Both the position numbers and the translations under genes were made by a program. Below, piece by piece: positions 27,482-38,187 of a stretch of DNA of 64,000 bases. The notes beneath the pieces were generated by a model. That model ran no database searches. It saw nothing but the letters and a program-made list of their open reading frames with translations, and was not told the origin of the DNA. How positions within the stretch are numbered: position 1 is the first letter of the stretch; the number at the start of each line of letters is the position of its first letter. The stretch is from a virus, in IMG/VR virus record IMGVR_UViG_3300048997_000225, positions 32,001 through 96,000 of that record. One strand, given 5' to 3'.

Positions 27482-30085
27482 TTAATAATCTGGTCTCCTC
27501 GGATTTATCATACCACCTTTGATCCTATATACTGAAGCACCAGAGTTCCCTGGAGAAGAACTTAATTCAATACTATTGGCAGGATCAAAGTCGGACCATG
27601 ATATAAAAACTACTAGAATTAATGTACCTTTTTTACCAATACTAAGGAAGTCATCTTTAAGCTCCATGAGCACTGGCAACGCCACTTTATGGCGTTGCCC
27701 ATTGAGCAAAGGTTGAGCATGCGATGCTGGGCTCCGAACTCCCGAACCATTATTGGATTTCGGCCAAAAATTTCTACCTTCAGCATCAGTAACAGTATCT
27801 GGAGCTCCTCGATATAGAGTGACTTCAGCAGGATTAGGCATATATGGAACTAAAGCTGGTAACTGGACAAATCCTGTATCTGAACTAAAATTATTTAAAT
27901 TCAATAAAGCAGGCCCGTCCAAAACTGATTCCGGAAAATCAATAGTTGGTAATGATGGGACGGCTAATTGTGCACTTCCCATTGCAAATGGGATAGTATC
28001 ATCAGGACAACCTGATCCGCCTGTTAAAACATAAAGTTGTTTAGAAATTACTTTTGGAATCAAATTTAGAGTTTGATTCCCTGAAGGAGGTCGTAAAGAT
28101 TGGACTGCTCTGGATTTATAGAATATATTATATGAGTCCGAAGGCGGCGATGATGTTGGTTCAGCTGGCCTATATGCTGTATATGACACTGATACGGAAG
28201 TATTGGCAGATATTGGAGTTGCTCCCGTTAACTGCACAATAGTCATAGACGTATTGAACGTATAATTGGTAGTTGTATACGGGGAATTAATCCCATCAGT
28301 GATAGTGATGGGTCCAGTTAATCGTTCTCTTATCAATAATCGATCAATAGCTATTGTATAATATGTATCAGTTTGACTAGTTGTTATTAAACGAAGTGCA
28401 AATTCTCGGTGACCAATATTAGTCCACCAGTTCGGATCGCGCGGTAGTGATTTCCTGTTGACATCTGAAGTAGTTGTCCACGCAGTAGTATCAACCCATG
28501 CTGCTAATCCAGCAGCAGGCCCCCATACATCATAATCATTAACTATGTTCCTGGTTAAACCTACTCCGCGCGGATATTCAATTAATAATTCTACATAAAT
28601 TACGGTATTAGCTGTAGTAGTGTTGAACGTAATATCTACTTTATCGATATTAGGGCCACTAAAAACAGAGTAACTAATACTATTAATTTTAATAGGGTTG
28701 GAGTTATCGAACATGTCACGGTCGGTATTCCCCGAACTGTCGACAATTCTGACCGCGTTGACCGACGCAATGCACGCATCAGACAATGATACTAAATTGA
28801 CAGGACTAACTCTCCAAGGAAGCTTTAACGAGTTTAGGTTAATAGAAATAGAACTGACCGGCAATCCACCGATAGTCACTGCAGTGACTATCGTTTCGGT
28901 TATGCTGCGATCGCTGAAATATTTCCGAACTCCATCTGGATTTCCAGCATGAGTACCCAGTCCGATATCATCTTTATATAAGAATCCAGTCCCTGCAGTT
29001 CCTAAATTGGATAATTCAAATTGAGTTGTGAGTGAATTATCCAAGACTTGTTGAAATGCTTTATCTAAAATTTCATCTAGGAACTGAGCACGACCTTTTC
29101 GCAAATCACGAACATCATCCGAGACAATTTGATCAACATATAGTCCATCAGGACGAGTGGGAGTCCCAGAACTTATGATTGATCCCCCATTCATATTAGA
29201 GGATCTTTGGAACGTAGATAGATTGCGTCTATAGACTGCACAAACCGGGACAGAATACATATATCCATCTACTGTTCCAAGCGCAGTAGCACTTGTTGAG
29301 TCACCAGAACCGGCTCTCCAAAGTGATTTATCATTGGGAACAGTTGAATATGTATATAGAGTTGGAGTCCCATCAGCTCCAGGACCTGAAAAATTGGAAA
29401 CAGAATTGGCAACCACGGACGGGTCATCCAATCCGTCCGGATATGATGCTAGATTAACATTCGGAATGACACGCAGTCGATATTGGATTTGGACTCGAGC
29501 TGATGATTCGCTGAGAAAATTGGGATCTATCAAATCATCGGTTAAATTCACTCCGTCAGGAGCTTTTACATTCCCGAATCGACAGATAAGTCCACTTGTA
29601 CTCTTATTATCTACGCTCGGGAGAGCTCTCACTAAAGCTCTCCAAACTTCTAAGATTACAAAATCAATTCTAGTTCCAGATGCTGGCGGATTGGTCAGTA
29701 TTATATCATTGAATCCGACCGAAGTAGTATCTGAATACTCCACTCGAACATTCCATCCATTGATGGATGCATTACAAGCTTTGAGACGGAGTTTGTTCTC
29801 GTTACCAACTGTCGCCGCTAGAAATGCATACGAACCGGTTACGTCTGCATGCTCAAGGAAATCACCATCAAGAAAACATGATGGGAGTAATCTCTGAGCA
29901 TTTAATCGGAACCCTTGGTCATTATCAATATCTGTCCGAAGATTCATTTCCCAATCGATGATCGGGATGTTATCCTGAATAATTAATGATTCATATGATT
30001 TATCTTCACTTGCGAATTGCCCACCAGCACTTGTATCATGCGGGTTCTGACTGACCGAAATTCCGTAATCTTTGAATCCAGACAT
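27482..30085 (-). CDS. virion structural protein, paralogue of 22118-26758
   Basis: PIIDWEMN, ILEVW, FGNV, RVQIQYRLR, TVDGYMYSVP and RPDGLY motifs collinear with the 1546-aa protein. Confidence 0.65.
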   Translation of the reverse strand: MSGFKDYGISVSQNPHDTSAGGQFASEDKSYESLIIQDNIPIIDWEMNLRTDIDNDQGFRLNAQRLLPSCFLDGDFLEHADVTGSYAFLAATVGNENKLRLKACNASINGWNVRVEYSDTTSVGFNDIILTNPPASGTRIDFVILEVWRALVRALPSVDNKSTSGLICRFGNVKAPDGVNLTDDLIDPNFLSESSARVQIQYRLRVIPNVNLASYPDGLDDPSVVANSVSNFSGPGADGTPTLYTYSTVPNDKSLWRAGSGDSTSATALGTVDGYMYSVPVCAVYRRNLSTFQRSSNMNGGSIISSGTPTRPDGLYVDQIVSDDVRDLRKGRAQFLDEILDKAFQQVLDNSLTTQFELSNLGTAGTGFLYKDDIGLGTHAGNPDGVRKYFSDRSITETIVTAVTIGGLPVSSISINLNSLKLPWRVSPVNLVSLSDACIASVNAVRIVDSSGNTDRDMFDNSNPIKINSISYSVFSGPNIDKVDITFNTTTANTVIYVELLIEYPRGVGLTRNIVNDYDVWGPAAGLAAWVDTTAWTTTSDVNRKSLPRDPNWWTNIGHREFALRLITTSQTDTYYTIAIDRLLIRERLTGPITITDGINSPYTTTNYTFNTSMTIVQLTGATPISANTSVSVSYTAYRPAEPTSSPPSDSYNIFYKSRAVQSLRPPSGNQTLNLIPKVISKQLYVLTGGSGCPDDTIPFAMGSAQLAVPSLPTIDFPESVLDGPALLNLNNFSSDTGFVQLPALVPYMPNPAEVTLYRGAPDTVTDAEGRNFWPKSNNGSGVRSPASHAQPLLNGQRHKVALPVLMELKDDFLSIGKKGTLILVVFISWSDFDPANSIELSSSPGNSGASVYRIKGGMINPRRPDY

Positions 30086-30195
30086 TTCAAAATTCCGAAC
30101 AAATCGTATATATATTTAACATAATAGGTTGATTCATATAAAAAATCATACCAATACAGTTATTATTCCAATGAAGATTGTATTATCAGATACTT

Positions 30196-30879
30196 TCAAT
30201 ATGTAAGTCGCCACGTCCAAGAGAGAGAGCTCGTAGCTGGCTTATTGATTACTGGAAAGGTTAAATAATTAATAAGCATATCCAATCCCACTAAATCAAC
30301 CGTTGGATCATATATTCCATTGGCAGGCAATACAGGATTTCTGATAGCCATATTAGTATCCACATCTCCACCTAACAAACCCATTTCTGTGAGAGGACCA
30401 ACGGCTTCAGATTCAGCAAATATTGTAGTAAAGTCAACAATATTTGTAGGGATTCCGCTGACCGCTCCAGCACTAGTAATGAAGTTCGAAGAAGCAATTT
30501 GCTTCCGGGCGAGTTCATTATATAATGAACGCTGTGATATAGTAGCTATCGGTGGATTCATTGGATCCCATCCAATATCACCAGTCCCAACGGCCAATAC
30601 GAATACACCAAATTTTGATTCGGAAACGTTTGGGGTTGGAGGGCTCTTCATAAGCCTCGCTACTAATATACTAGCATCTAGTGTAACAATATTTGAATAA
30701 TGCCCGCTATCTTGCAATGCTCCGGTCTTCCCATCGCGGAGTTCCCAAAAAATTTCACCTGAATATGGAATTAATCTATCTTGATGATGTCCATTGAATC
30801 CCATGGACATCGATGGTTTTCGAATCCCATCATTTGCTTTATTTAATCGTTCTTTCCCACTTGGCATATTCATATCCAT
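30196..30879 (-). CDS. baseplate or tail-fibre attachment protein (tail-fibre N-terminal-like fold)
   Basis: NIVT...LAVGTG...P....SL.NELARK...F...EA.G.LTE.GL...F..I.K pattern typical of fibre-attachment proteins. Confidence 0.65.
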   Translation of the reverse strand: MDMNMPSGKERLNKANDGIRKPSMSMGFNGHHQDRLIPYSGEIFWELRDGKTGALQDSGHYSNIVTLDASILVARLMKSPPTPNVSESKFGVFVLAVGTGDIGWDPMNPPIATISQRSLYNELARKQIASSNFITSAGAVSGIPTNIVDFTTIFAESEAVGPLTEMGLLGGDVDTNMAIRNPVLPANGIYDPTVDLVGLDMLINYLTFPVINKPATSSLSWTWRLTY

Positions 30880-30884
30880 ATCTT

Positions 30885-30912
30885 ACCAATCAATGATCCA
30901 TTATTGATTGGT
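30885..30912. terminator. intergenic hairpin, possible terminator or translation-control stem
   Basis: accaatcaat / attgattggt 10-bp arms; no clear U-tract on the minus strand; lies just 5' of the next ATG. Confidence 0.35.
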
Positions 30913-30918
30913 TGAAAA

Positions 30919-31359
30919 TTAAGTGATTCGAATAATTACTGTTGGACCTGGTGGTGTAGTCTGAATTAACGTAGCAATAGCTATATATTCTTTAGGTTGA
31001 GTCCTGTGTAGTGAATTATTAGTCCGAGACGTCCCAGTCGGACCACATCGAAAAACTCGACTCGATTGCTCTTGAGGACGAAAATATCTATCGCTAGCAA
31101 TAGTCGAAACTTCAATTAATACTATATCAATTTCGTTGATTGAACTTGGAGCAAGCAACGATGGAGAAAAAAATATCCCACCATTAAATCTGGCTAATGG
31201 CCCGCTAGTTGGTTCACCTGTAAATCGTTGCAAATCCGATCGGCCAAGAGGAACTCCAAGAGGTATTGGATATATCGGGGAAGGAGGTGGGGCCGGGTGA
31301 GGTCCGGGACCTCCCCAAATAATACTCCAACTTCTACCCCATCCACCACGGCTTGGCAT
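30919..31359 (-). CDS. small Pro/Gly-rich virion-module protein
   Basis: AGGA SD; N-terminal GGWGRSWSIIWGG followed by a proline-rich stretch. Confidence 0.65.
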   Translation of the reverse strand: MPSRGGWGRSWSIIWGGPGPHPAPPPSPIYPIPLGVPLGRSDLQRFTGEPTSGPLARFNGGIFFSPSLLAPSSINEIDIVLIEVSTIASDRYFRPQEQSSRVFRCGPTGTSRTNNSLHRTQPKEYIAIATLIQTTPPGPTVIIRIT

Positions 31360-31367
31360 TCTATTCC

Positions 31368-34300
31368 TTAATTGTCAATAACAAGGCGGAAGGAATTAGT
31401 TAGATTATCTCGAACTAAACGATATGTGTGGAATTGACCGTCTGTCCATTCAAATGGTGCTCTGAATACCGGGACATTTGCGTTAACATCTTGAATTTTT
31501 ACATATGGTATCCCACTCAACGTATCGAAACCGATCGCTGCTGCAGCGCCAATGCCAGCGTTACTTAGCAATCCAACATAAATACCGGTATCAATATTAG
31601 GACCTGCGGTGAATTGATTCACTCGCATCGTCACTCGCATTTCAAATTTAAGTGATGGCGTGTCCGGTAGTCCGGTAGCTAATCTATATGCTGTTTGGAC
31701 GCCTGGCGCGGAAGTCCCGTATCTGAAAGCTGAAATAGGACCTTCAGTAATTAATGATTCAGTAACAGTTCCGAGTCCATTATTGTAAATAGTCCATCCA
31801 TTATTTTGGACAGGTGATGGATCTTCAGCATTCACAATATTGTGAATATCGGCCAATGGATGGAATTCGGCTGACGCTTCATGTGCTGTCAACTTTAAAC
31901 GAAGTTCAACCGCCAAAGACGTCGCGGTTTTAATTTCGGTAGGAATATTAACTACTGATTTATCTAGAGTATCATTGATGGTGTGGATTCCTAACGCAAC
32001 TAAATGTAGATTAAATTGCGTTTGAATATCAAGTAATAACATGATTGCTGATGCCAAATCGGTAGCATCAACAGCAGTCACTATATTTATAATATCATCA
32101 GTTACATGGACTCCAGTTTGAGTCCGATGCGCATTATATTTATCTTTGATGTTATTGGCTAAACCAATGATTTTAGCTTCTGCATCATTATTTGGAAGTA
32201 CTGATCCTGAATAAGATCGAGAAATGGTTTTGGTGTTAGATAATGAACCATCCCAATACAGTGTTTCGTCATCTGAAAATGGAGCAATTATTGCAGTATT
32301 ATTGCCCTCTTCAGTAATCCAAAATTTGATACTATCATATAGTACTCCATTTGGAACGTCCAGTCGAATAAATAATGAAGATCCATGGACACCAGTTTGA
32401 GTCCGATGCGCATTATAACTTGTTAAAATTGCTTGAACTAAATCGACAAATGTCGATAAGTCAGTAGCATTGGGTGTATTAATAATATTGACTGAATCAT
32501 CATTAGAGTGGACTTTTTGATTTTCTTTTATTCGAGCAACATAATGTAGATTCAATATTTTCTTAATATGATTAGCTAATATAATGCCTGATGCCAAATC
32601 GGTAGCTTCAGCAATTGTTATTGTATATTTAATGTCATCAGCCAAATGAACTCGATACGAAACGATATGTTTCATATAAGCCATTCGGACATCATTCAAT
32701 ATTTGGATTGAATTTTGTTCGGAATCAGCAATTGATATAATATTCAGATTATTAACGACATCAGATATCTGATGGAACACGAGTCCTGATAAATGAATAT
32801 TAAAAGCTGCTTTCACAGCAGTCAATATTCCATAAGCATCAGCGATTGAAACGGCCGCGTCTAATGCAACTATATTAATAATATCATTAGCCAGATGAAC
32901 GTTTGTAGCGTCTAAATGCGAATTGAATCGTTGAATAATATTATTAGCAGCAGCAATAATATTAGCTGGATCAACTCCGACACTGCTCGGATTCCTGATT
33001 CTTGTCATACTTCTGACGTTAAGATCAGGAGTGAAAAGATCAGGAGTTATTGTAAAATTATTGGCGTCGGCAAAAGAAATAACCATCCTCTCTTGCCCGG
33101 CATTAGGACCATCCAAAAACATGATGGTGTCCCCGTATTGCACAGGGATTGGAGGGTCAGTCATTCGAATTGTGCTGATATCAAGCACTTGAGCCTGTAC
33201 CAATGCATGAAATCCTAACCGAACAAATTTACTGCCAATAGAATCATTGGCAGTCAAGTTTGGTATTAATTCATATTCATTATTAGATATCTGACTTCGT
33301 ACGTACCGAGCTTGCCCGGCATTGGGACCGTTTAAAAATTGAATTAACTGACCAGGCGATATATTACTGTCTGTTATGATATTTTGGAATAAGACGATTT
33401 GTCCGTTACCGACACCAGGAATGTTATGAGCAAAGTTCCCATTAATTATATCAGATGCAACATGATATGTAGTATTTTGTGTATGATTTGAAAATTTATC
33501 GATTAATATTGAAGCTAATAATGCCGCACTACTAATATCAGTCGGATTGGCTTCATTTATAATATCGATATTATCAGATACTAGATGGAATTGTCCATGC
33601 TGCAAATGAAGCTGGAACTTTTGCAGCACGTCGTTTATTAATCTAATTGCCGTTATAATATCAATAGCATCCGATGCCGTTATAATGTCGAGTCCATCGT
33701 CAGGAGTATGGACTCCTGCCTGTGCTAAATGCAAATTGAATTTAGTTTTAATATCATTCAATAAAACACAGGCGGTTGGAACATCAGTAGCGTTAGATGC
33801 TACAATAGTATTGATTGAATCATTGATATTATGTACACCTATCTGGACACGATGCGCAGTATATTTATTTTTTAAATTATTTGAAGTAGCAATAACTAAG
33901 TTGCTGACAGATGTTATTGATTGAATATTTCCAGACACCGCATTAATATCGTCATCTATCAAATCAGTTATAAAACCATCGGAATTGATGATATCCGACA
34001 CGGATATTCCGTTCAAAGGATCGGATGTCTTTATTAATCCGTAACGAGATTCCAAATTCTGAGTTGCTGGAACAGGTGGCGTCCCGGCGCCTAAAACAGT
34101 GTAGGCTGGAACTTCGGGATTCGACATGAATTCATCAATCGGAGTCCCACCAGAATAAACTCGGAATCCAGCATGTTGATGCGGTTGATTAGTATATAGA
34201 TGTTCTGGTGAAGCCACGACGTTAGATTGATTCAAAATTTGATGTGGAGGAATTAAATTATCAGTTAATGTAATTTTCCCTAAAGAATATTTGACATAGT

Positions 34301-37300
34301 CCCATCGCGAACGAGCTAATTCTGTCGGATTAAATGATCCGAATGCAATGGCTGAATTGGTACCAGTTGCTGCTCGTAAAAAGCTCGATGACACAGGCGG
34401 CAACGACAAAACGTCATATGATATAGATATTATCGGGATCGTTCCTCCATCTATATAAACTGACACACCTGACACAGGATCTCGTACAATTCGATATATA
34501 TGTTGAATACTCCAATCAACATTATGCAGATAATATGAATTCAAATCCTCAACAGATCCACCGCGATATACGCCAATATATCGGCGACTGGCTGCAGTAA
34601 CGTCTCCGATTTTACTATCTCTAAATATGGCAACTGAATGCCAATCCACGACTGATTGTGCAACCCTTAAATCGGCAGCAGTTACGGATTCAGTACCTGA
34701 TCCAAATGCAATTTCCGGACCTGATATGCCAGTGTTCAAACTGGAATACATAGGTGTAGGACCAGCAAACGAAGTTAAAGTCTGTCCATCGGCCAAAATA
34801 AAAATTGAATTTGAAGCTTTCGATGTATATATATTATATGTATGGATTCTTCCATCATTCCAGTTGAATGCATATTGAGAAATGACATCCAAAGATCCAG
34901 TGGTTGAATTATAAGATAATAGATTAATGAATGGAACTCCAGACGCGTTTACAGCTAACTGGAGTTCGACTTGTTTCCCGGATGGACCTTCATCGACAGT
35001 GATTAATGCTCCGATAAAATTCAATATTTGATAAGGTCCGGAAGCTGGGATAGCAACGCCTGGATCAAACGATAAAACCCGAAGTCGAACGTCAAGCTTC
35101 CAGTCCACGACCGGATTAAACGCCTGATTTGTAATCAATAGATCGCGTATTTTATATACTACATAATCATCGATTGCTACGTCTGTAATTCGCAATACGC
35201 GACCCAGCAGTTCTGTTGTTTGGTCGCCCGTTCTAGTCCATTGCGGATTGTCCTGGTCGGGGAAGTTGGCTCCGAACCAAGATAGTTTAGGCTCCGGATT
35301 GGAATCCGATCCAAAATACATACCAGGACTAAACCCAAGTTTAGCCAGAGCGCTGCCAGATATTATAGAAAATTGCGCATCAGCACCTAATGTAGAAGTT
35401 ACAAATTTCAATTTCCCGAATTCATCAGAAGCAAACGGGAATCCAACGACAGAATTGATTGTAGCAGCTATTCCAGAAGCAGTATTCAAATTTGGAGGAA
35501 TTGAAAACACAACATTATGTGGATTGGCTCCATCAATAGCTAAAACTAAATTATCATTAGTGACTAATGTAAATGGTTCTGTTATTGAACCAGTAGCCAT
35601 CGCAGGACTTGGTGAAAATTGCAAGAATGACAACTGGATACTAAAATCACTATCATCCAGTACCACTGTCATGGCAGTATTAGTCAGTCCATGGGTCCAG
35701 TAATCTGCGGATGCAGCAAATTCTAAAGCTATTGAAGTGTTAGCGGTCAGAATAGGTTCGAATCGAATAAAGCCTCTATAAGCACCGGAGACTAATCCAA
35801 GTTCAGCAATCTCGGCTTGCCCGGCATTGGATGTGGAATCTAGAACCAATTTATTGGAACTTATTCGCTCTGTCCCACCTTGTCCATATGTTATCCAGGG
35901 AGCTAATGGATCTAATTCCGGAACAATTGATCCATCGTATGTTATTTGTTTATTATGGCCAATTAAATTACTATCTAACGGCTGAATATTGGCTCGAACA
36001 AATTGCCAGTCACTAGAATTTTTAGCTTCGCGACTAATAGAACCAAAAAATATTTGTTGAATCAAATCAAATCGAGCTTCTAAATCCGATAGATTAGGTA
36101 ATAATAAATATTCAATTGTAGCTGATGGTTGAACATCGCCACTTAAAAATAAATCTCCGTTCCCATCTTTGTCTATAAAGATACGGAATGTCCGATAATC
36201 TGTCCAATCTACTGCAGTTGATATCCATGATTCTGCGAATTCAGGAAAGTCATGATTAGAAAGCAATCCGATTTGACGAACCAAATCTACTGAATTCGCA
36301 GAATCATTTATGAAATGGATACCAGATTGGACAATGTGCAAGTTATATTTATCATGCAGTTCATTAGCTAATAGGACTGCGGTCTCTAAATCAGTAGCAT
36401 CTGAATATATAATAGTGTTCGTTCCATCAACAATATTATGAACTTGTCCTGATCCACTGCCTTTGGAAATATGATTAATATATTTAGTTCTTAATTTATT
36501 AACTAATACAATCAATGAAGGCAGATCAGTAGCATCAACAATATTTACGATATTTCCAATATCATTAGGTTCGTGGACAGCAATACTGGTTAAATGTAAA
36601 TTGAATGCTGACTTTAATTGATTGACTAATACTTTAGCCGAACTTAGTCCGGTCGCATGCGTCAATAATAAACCGGCTACAACAACTTTTTGGCCGTCTG
36701 AAATTCCAAATGCTACTCCACTAAATACTCCATCAGTACTAAATACTGTCGGATCTGGAGACATTCGGACCCGGAATGCTCCAGATATAGTACTAAGAGT
36801 TTGAATTTCTAAACCATGATAGAAAAATGGTGGTTTACTATCTACGCCCGATTGGATATGGGGATCTAATATAGTTAATTGGCTGCCACCAGCTGCTAAT
36901 GAAAACAATCCATCACCGGACAATTGCCAAGCATCAATAGCATTCTGAGGTAAAGTTACTGGATCGTATCGAATAGTTGTTTCAACAACTTTATCGAATA
37001 AAATCGGATAAGCTAATTTATTGGTTGGAACATTTAATAATAATGTGTTAGGATCATTGAGAACAGCAGTATAAGCTCTTTCAAGAGCTTTATATTTCCA
37101 AGCTCGCTTCATAGGTTGAACAGGAGCCATATAATCTGGTCCTGGACCAGGCTGCAATAAATATGAACGGGCCCGGTATTGATGTTGAGGAAATCCAGAA
37201 TGAGCTCTACTACCTATTTGATTAAATACGAACTCTGGAGCATTTAAACGAAGGAATCTAGATGGCGGATTATTAATATAATCGTAACTAATGCTGACAG

Positions 37301-38180
37301 AATCCGATCCAGAAGGTTTTTGAGATAATACTACTGCACCTAACGCACCAAATACAGCATCAACTGCAACAGGAGATCCATTTACAATGACTTCTACATC
37401 ATAAGGATCATCGGCAACAATTCCAGAACGAGGATCTTTCAAAATCCAAGTTAGAGGCCCGATTAGGGCATGTGGAAATACAGCTCGAATAGCTCGAATA
37501 GGATTTATAAGTATACGATCGACAGTATCTGCGTGTTCATGGACAAACCGATTTTGTCGATGCAGTTCAAATAATTTACGGACATCATTAGCCAATAGTA
37601 TGGCACTGGCTAATTTATCAGCAGCAATAAAATGAGTTTGATATTGGATGTCTGAATTAGTGTGAACGGATAAATCAATAACATGTGCATTAAATTGCAC
37701 CATAATATCATTTAATAAGGTGATGCAACTATTTAAATCGGTAGCATCCGGAGCTGTTACGATATTAGAAGAATCACCGATAATATGAATACCTTGTAAT
37801 TCGGCGTCAATAAGGATTTCGCTAGTCCTATGTAAATTATATTGTTTTTTAATGTCATTAGCGAGAATTATTGCGCTGTCGTTAGTTTTGATTTCATCGA
37901 TCGTATTGAAGCTCGCAAAATCTAATTGCAATCTTTGAGATGAAATAACATTTTTAATTGGAAACGTTCCATCATTCCTTCCATTCAGACTTCCAGATAT
38001 AGCAAGTAATTTACCAACGTCAGATATTGAAAAATTCCCGGAATTTATTAAAATAATATCAGACGATAAAATCGTTAGATCGTTTCCGGTCAATAACTCC
38101 AAAGGACGCTTAATAATAGGTCCTTTGTCTGTAAACAAAGTCCTGTCTACGACAGAATTTATACCAACAAAAGATACCAT
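31368..38180 (-). CDS. giant virion-module protein with 18 His-pair repeats and lectin-like beta domains
   Basis: 2270 aa; repeats of L.N.IK..[FY]N.H-x6-H-x3-D..N...DATDL; several W...H.Y.I beta-sandwich-like segments. Confidence 0.75.
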   Translation of the reverse strand: MVSFVGINSVVDRTLFTDKGPIIKRPLELLTGNDLTILSSDIILINSGNFSISDVGKLLAISGSLNGRNDGTFPIKNVISSQRLQLDFASFNTIDEIKTNDSAIILANDIKKQYNLHRTSEILIDAELQGIHIIGDSSNIVTAPDATDLNSCITLLNDIMVQFNAHVIDLSVHTNSDIQYQTHFIAADKLASAILLANDVRKLFELHRQNRFVHEHADTVDRILINPIRAIRAVFPHALIGPLTWILKDPRSGIVADDPYDVEVIVNGSPVAVDAVFGALGAVVLSQKPSGSDSVSISYDYINNPPSRFLRLNAPEFVFNQIGSRAHSGFPQHQYRARSYLLQPGPGPDYMAPVQPMKRAWKYKALERAYTAVLNDPNTLLLNVPTNKLAYPILFDKVVETTIRYDPVTLPQNAIDAWQLSGDGLFSLAAGGSQLTILDPHIQSGVDSKPPFFYHGLEIQTLSTISGAFRVRMSPDPTVFSTDGVFSGVAFGISDGQKVVVAGLLLTHATGLSSAKVLVNQLKSAFNLHLTSIAVHEPNDIGNIVNIVDATDLPSLIVLVNKLRTKYINHISKGSGSGQVHNIVDGTNTIIYSDATDLETAVLLANELHDKYNLHIVQSGIHFINDSANSVDLVRQIGLLSNHDFPEFAESWISTAVDWTDYRTFRIFIDKDGNGDLFLSGDVQPSATIEYLLLPNLSDLEARFDLIQQIFFGSISREAKNSSDWQFVRANIQPLDSNLIGHNKQITYDGSIVPELDPLAPWITYGQGGTERISSNKLVLDSTSNAGQAEIAELGLVSGAYRGFIRFEPILTANTSIALEFAASADYWTHGLTNTAMTVVLDDSDFSIQLSFLQFSPSPAMATGSITEPFTLVTNDNLVLAIDGANPHNVVFSIPPNLNTASGIAATINSVVGFPFASDEFGKLKFVTSTLGADAQFSIISGSALAKLGFSPGMYFGSDSNPEPKLSWFGANFPDQDNPQWTRTGDQTTELLGRVLRITDVAIDDYVVYKIRDLLITNQAFNPVVDWKLDVRLRVLSFDPGVAIPASGPYQILNFIGALITVDEGPSGKQVELQLAVNASGVPFINLLSYNSTTGSLDVISQYAFNWNDGRIHTYNIYTSKASNSIFILADGQTLTSFAGPTPMYSSLNTGISGPEIAFGSGTESVTAADLRVAQSVVDWHSVAIFRDSKIGDVTAASRRYIGVYRGGSVEDLNSYYLHNVDWSIQHIYRIVRDPVSGVSVYIDGGTIPIISISYDVLSLPPVSSSFLRAATGTNSAIAFGSFNPTELARSRWDYVKYSLGKITLTDNLIPPHQILNQSNVVASPEHLYTNQPHQHAGFRVYSGGTPIDEFMSNPEVPAYTVLGAGTPPVPATQNLESRYGLIKTSDPLNGISVSDIINSDGFITDLIDDDINAVSGNIQSITSVSNLVIATSNNLKNKYTAHRVQIGVHNINDSINTIVASNATDVPTACVLLNDIKTKFNLHLAQAGVHTPDDGLDIITASDAIDIITAIRLINDVLQKFQLHLQHGQFHLVSDNIDIINEANPTDISSAALLASILIDKFSNHTQNTTYHVASDIINGNFAHNIPGVGNGQIVLFQNIITDSNISPGQLIQFLNGPNAGQARYVRSQISNNEYELIPNLTANDSIGSKFVRLGFHALVQAQVLDISTIRMTDPPIPVQYGDTIMFLDGPNAGQERMVISFADANNFTITPDLFTPDLNVRSMTRIRNPSSVGVDPANIIAAANNIIQRFNSHLDATNVHLANDIINIVALDAAVSIADAYGILTAVKAAFNIHLSGLVFHQISDVVNNLNIISIADSEQNSIQILNDVRMAYMKHIVSYRVHLADDIKYTITIAEATDLASGIILANHIKKILNLHYVARIKENQKVHSNDDSVNIINTPNATDLSTFVDLVQAILTSYNAHRTQTGVHGSSLFIRLDVPNGVLYDSIKFWITEEGNNTAIIAPFSDDETLYWDGSLSNTKTISRSYSGSVLPNNDAEAKIIGLANNIKDKYNAHRTQTGVHVTDDIINIVTAVDATDLASAIMLLLDIQTQFNLHLVALGIHTINDTLDKSVVNIPTEIKTATSLAVELRLKLTAHEASAEFHPLADIHNIVNAEDPSPVQNNGWTIYNNGLGTVTESLITEGPISAFRYGTSAPGVQTAYRLATGLPDTPSLKFEMRVTMRVNQFTAGPNIDTGIYVGLLSNAGIGAAAAIGFDTLSGIPYVKIQDVNANVPVFRAPFEWTDGQFHTYRLVRDNLTNSFRLVIDN

Positions 38181-38187
38181 TCAATCC

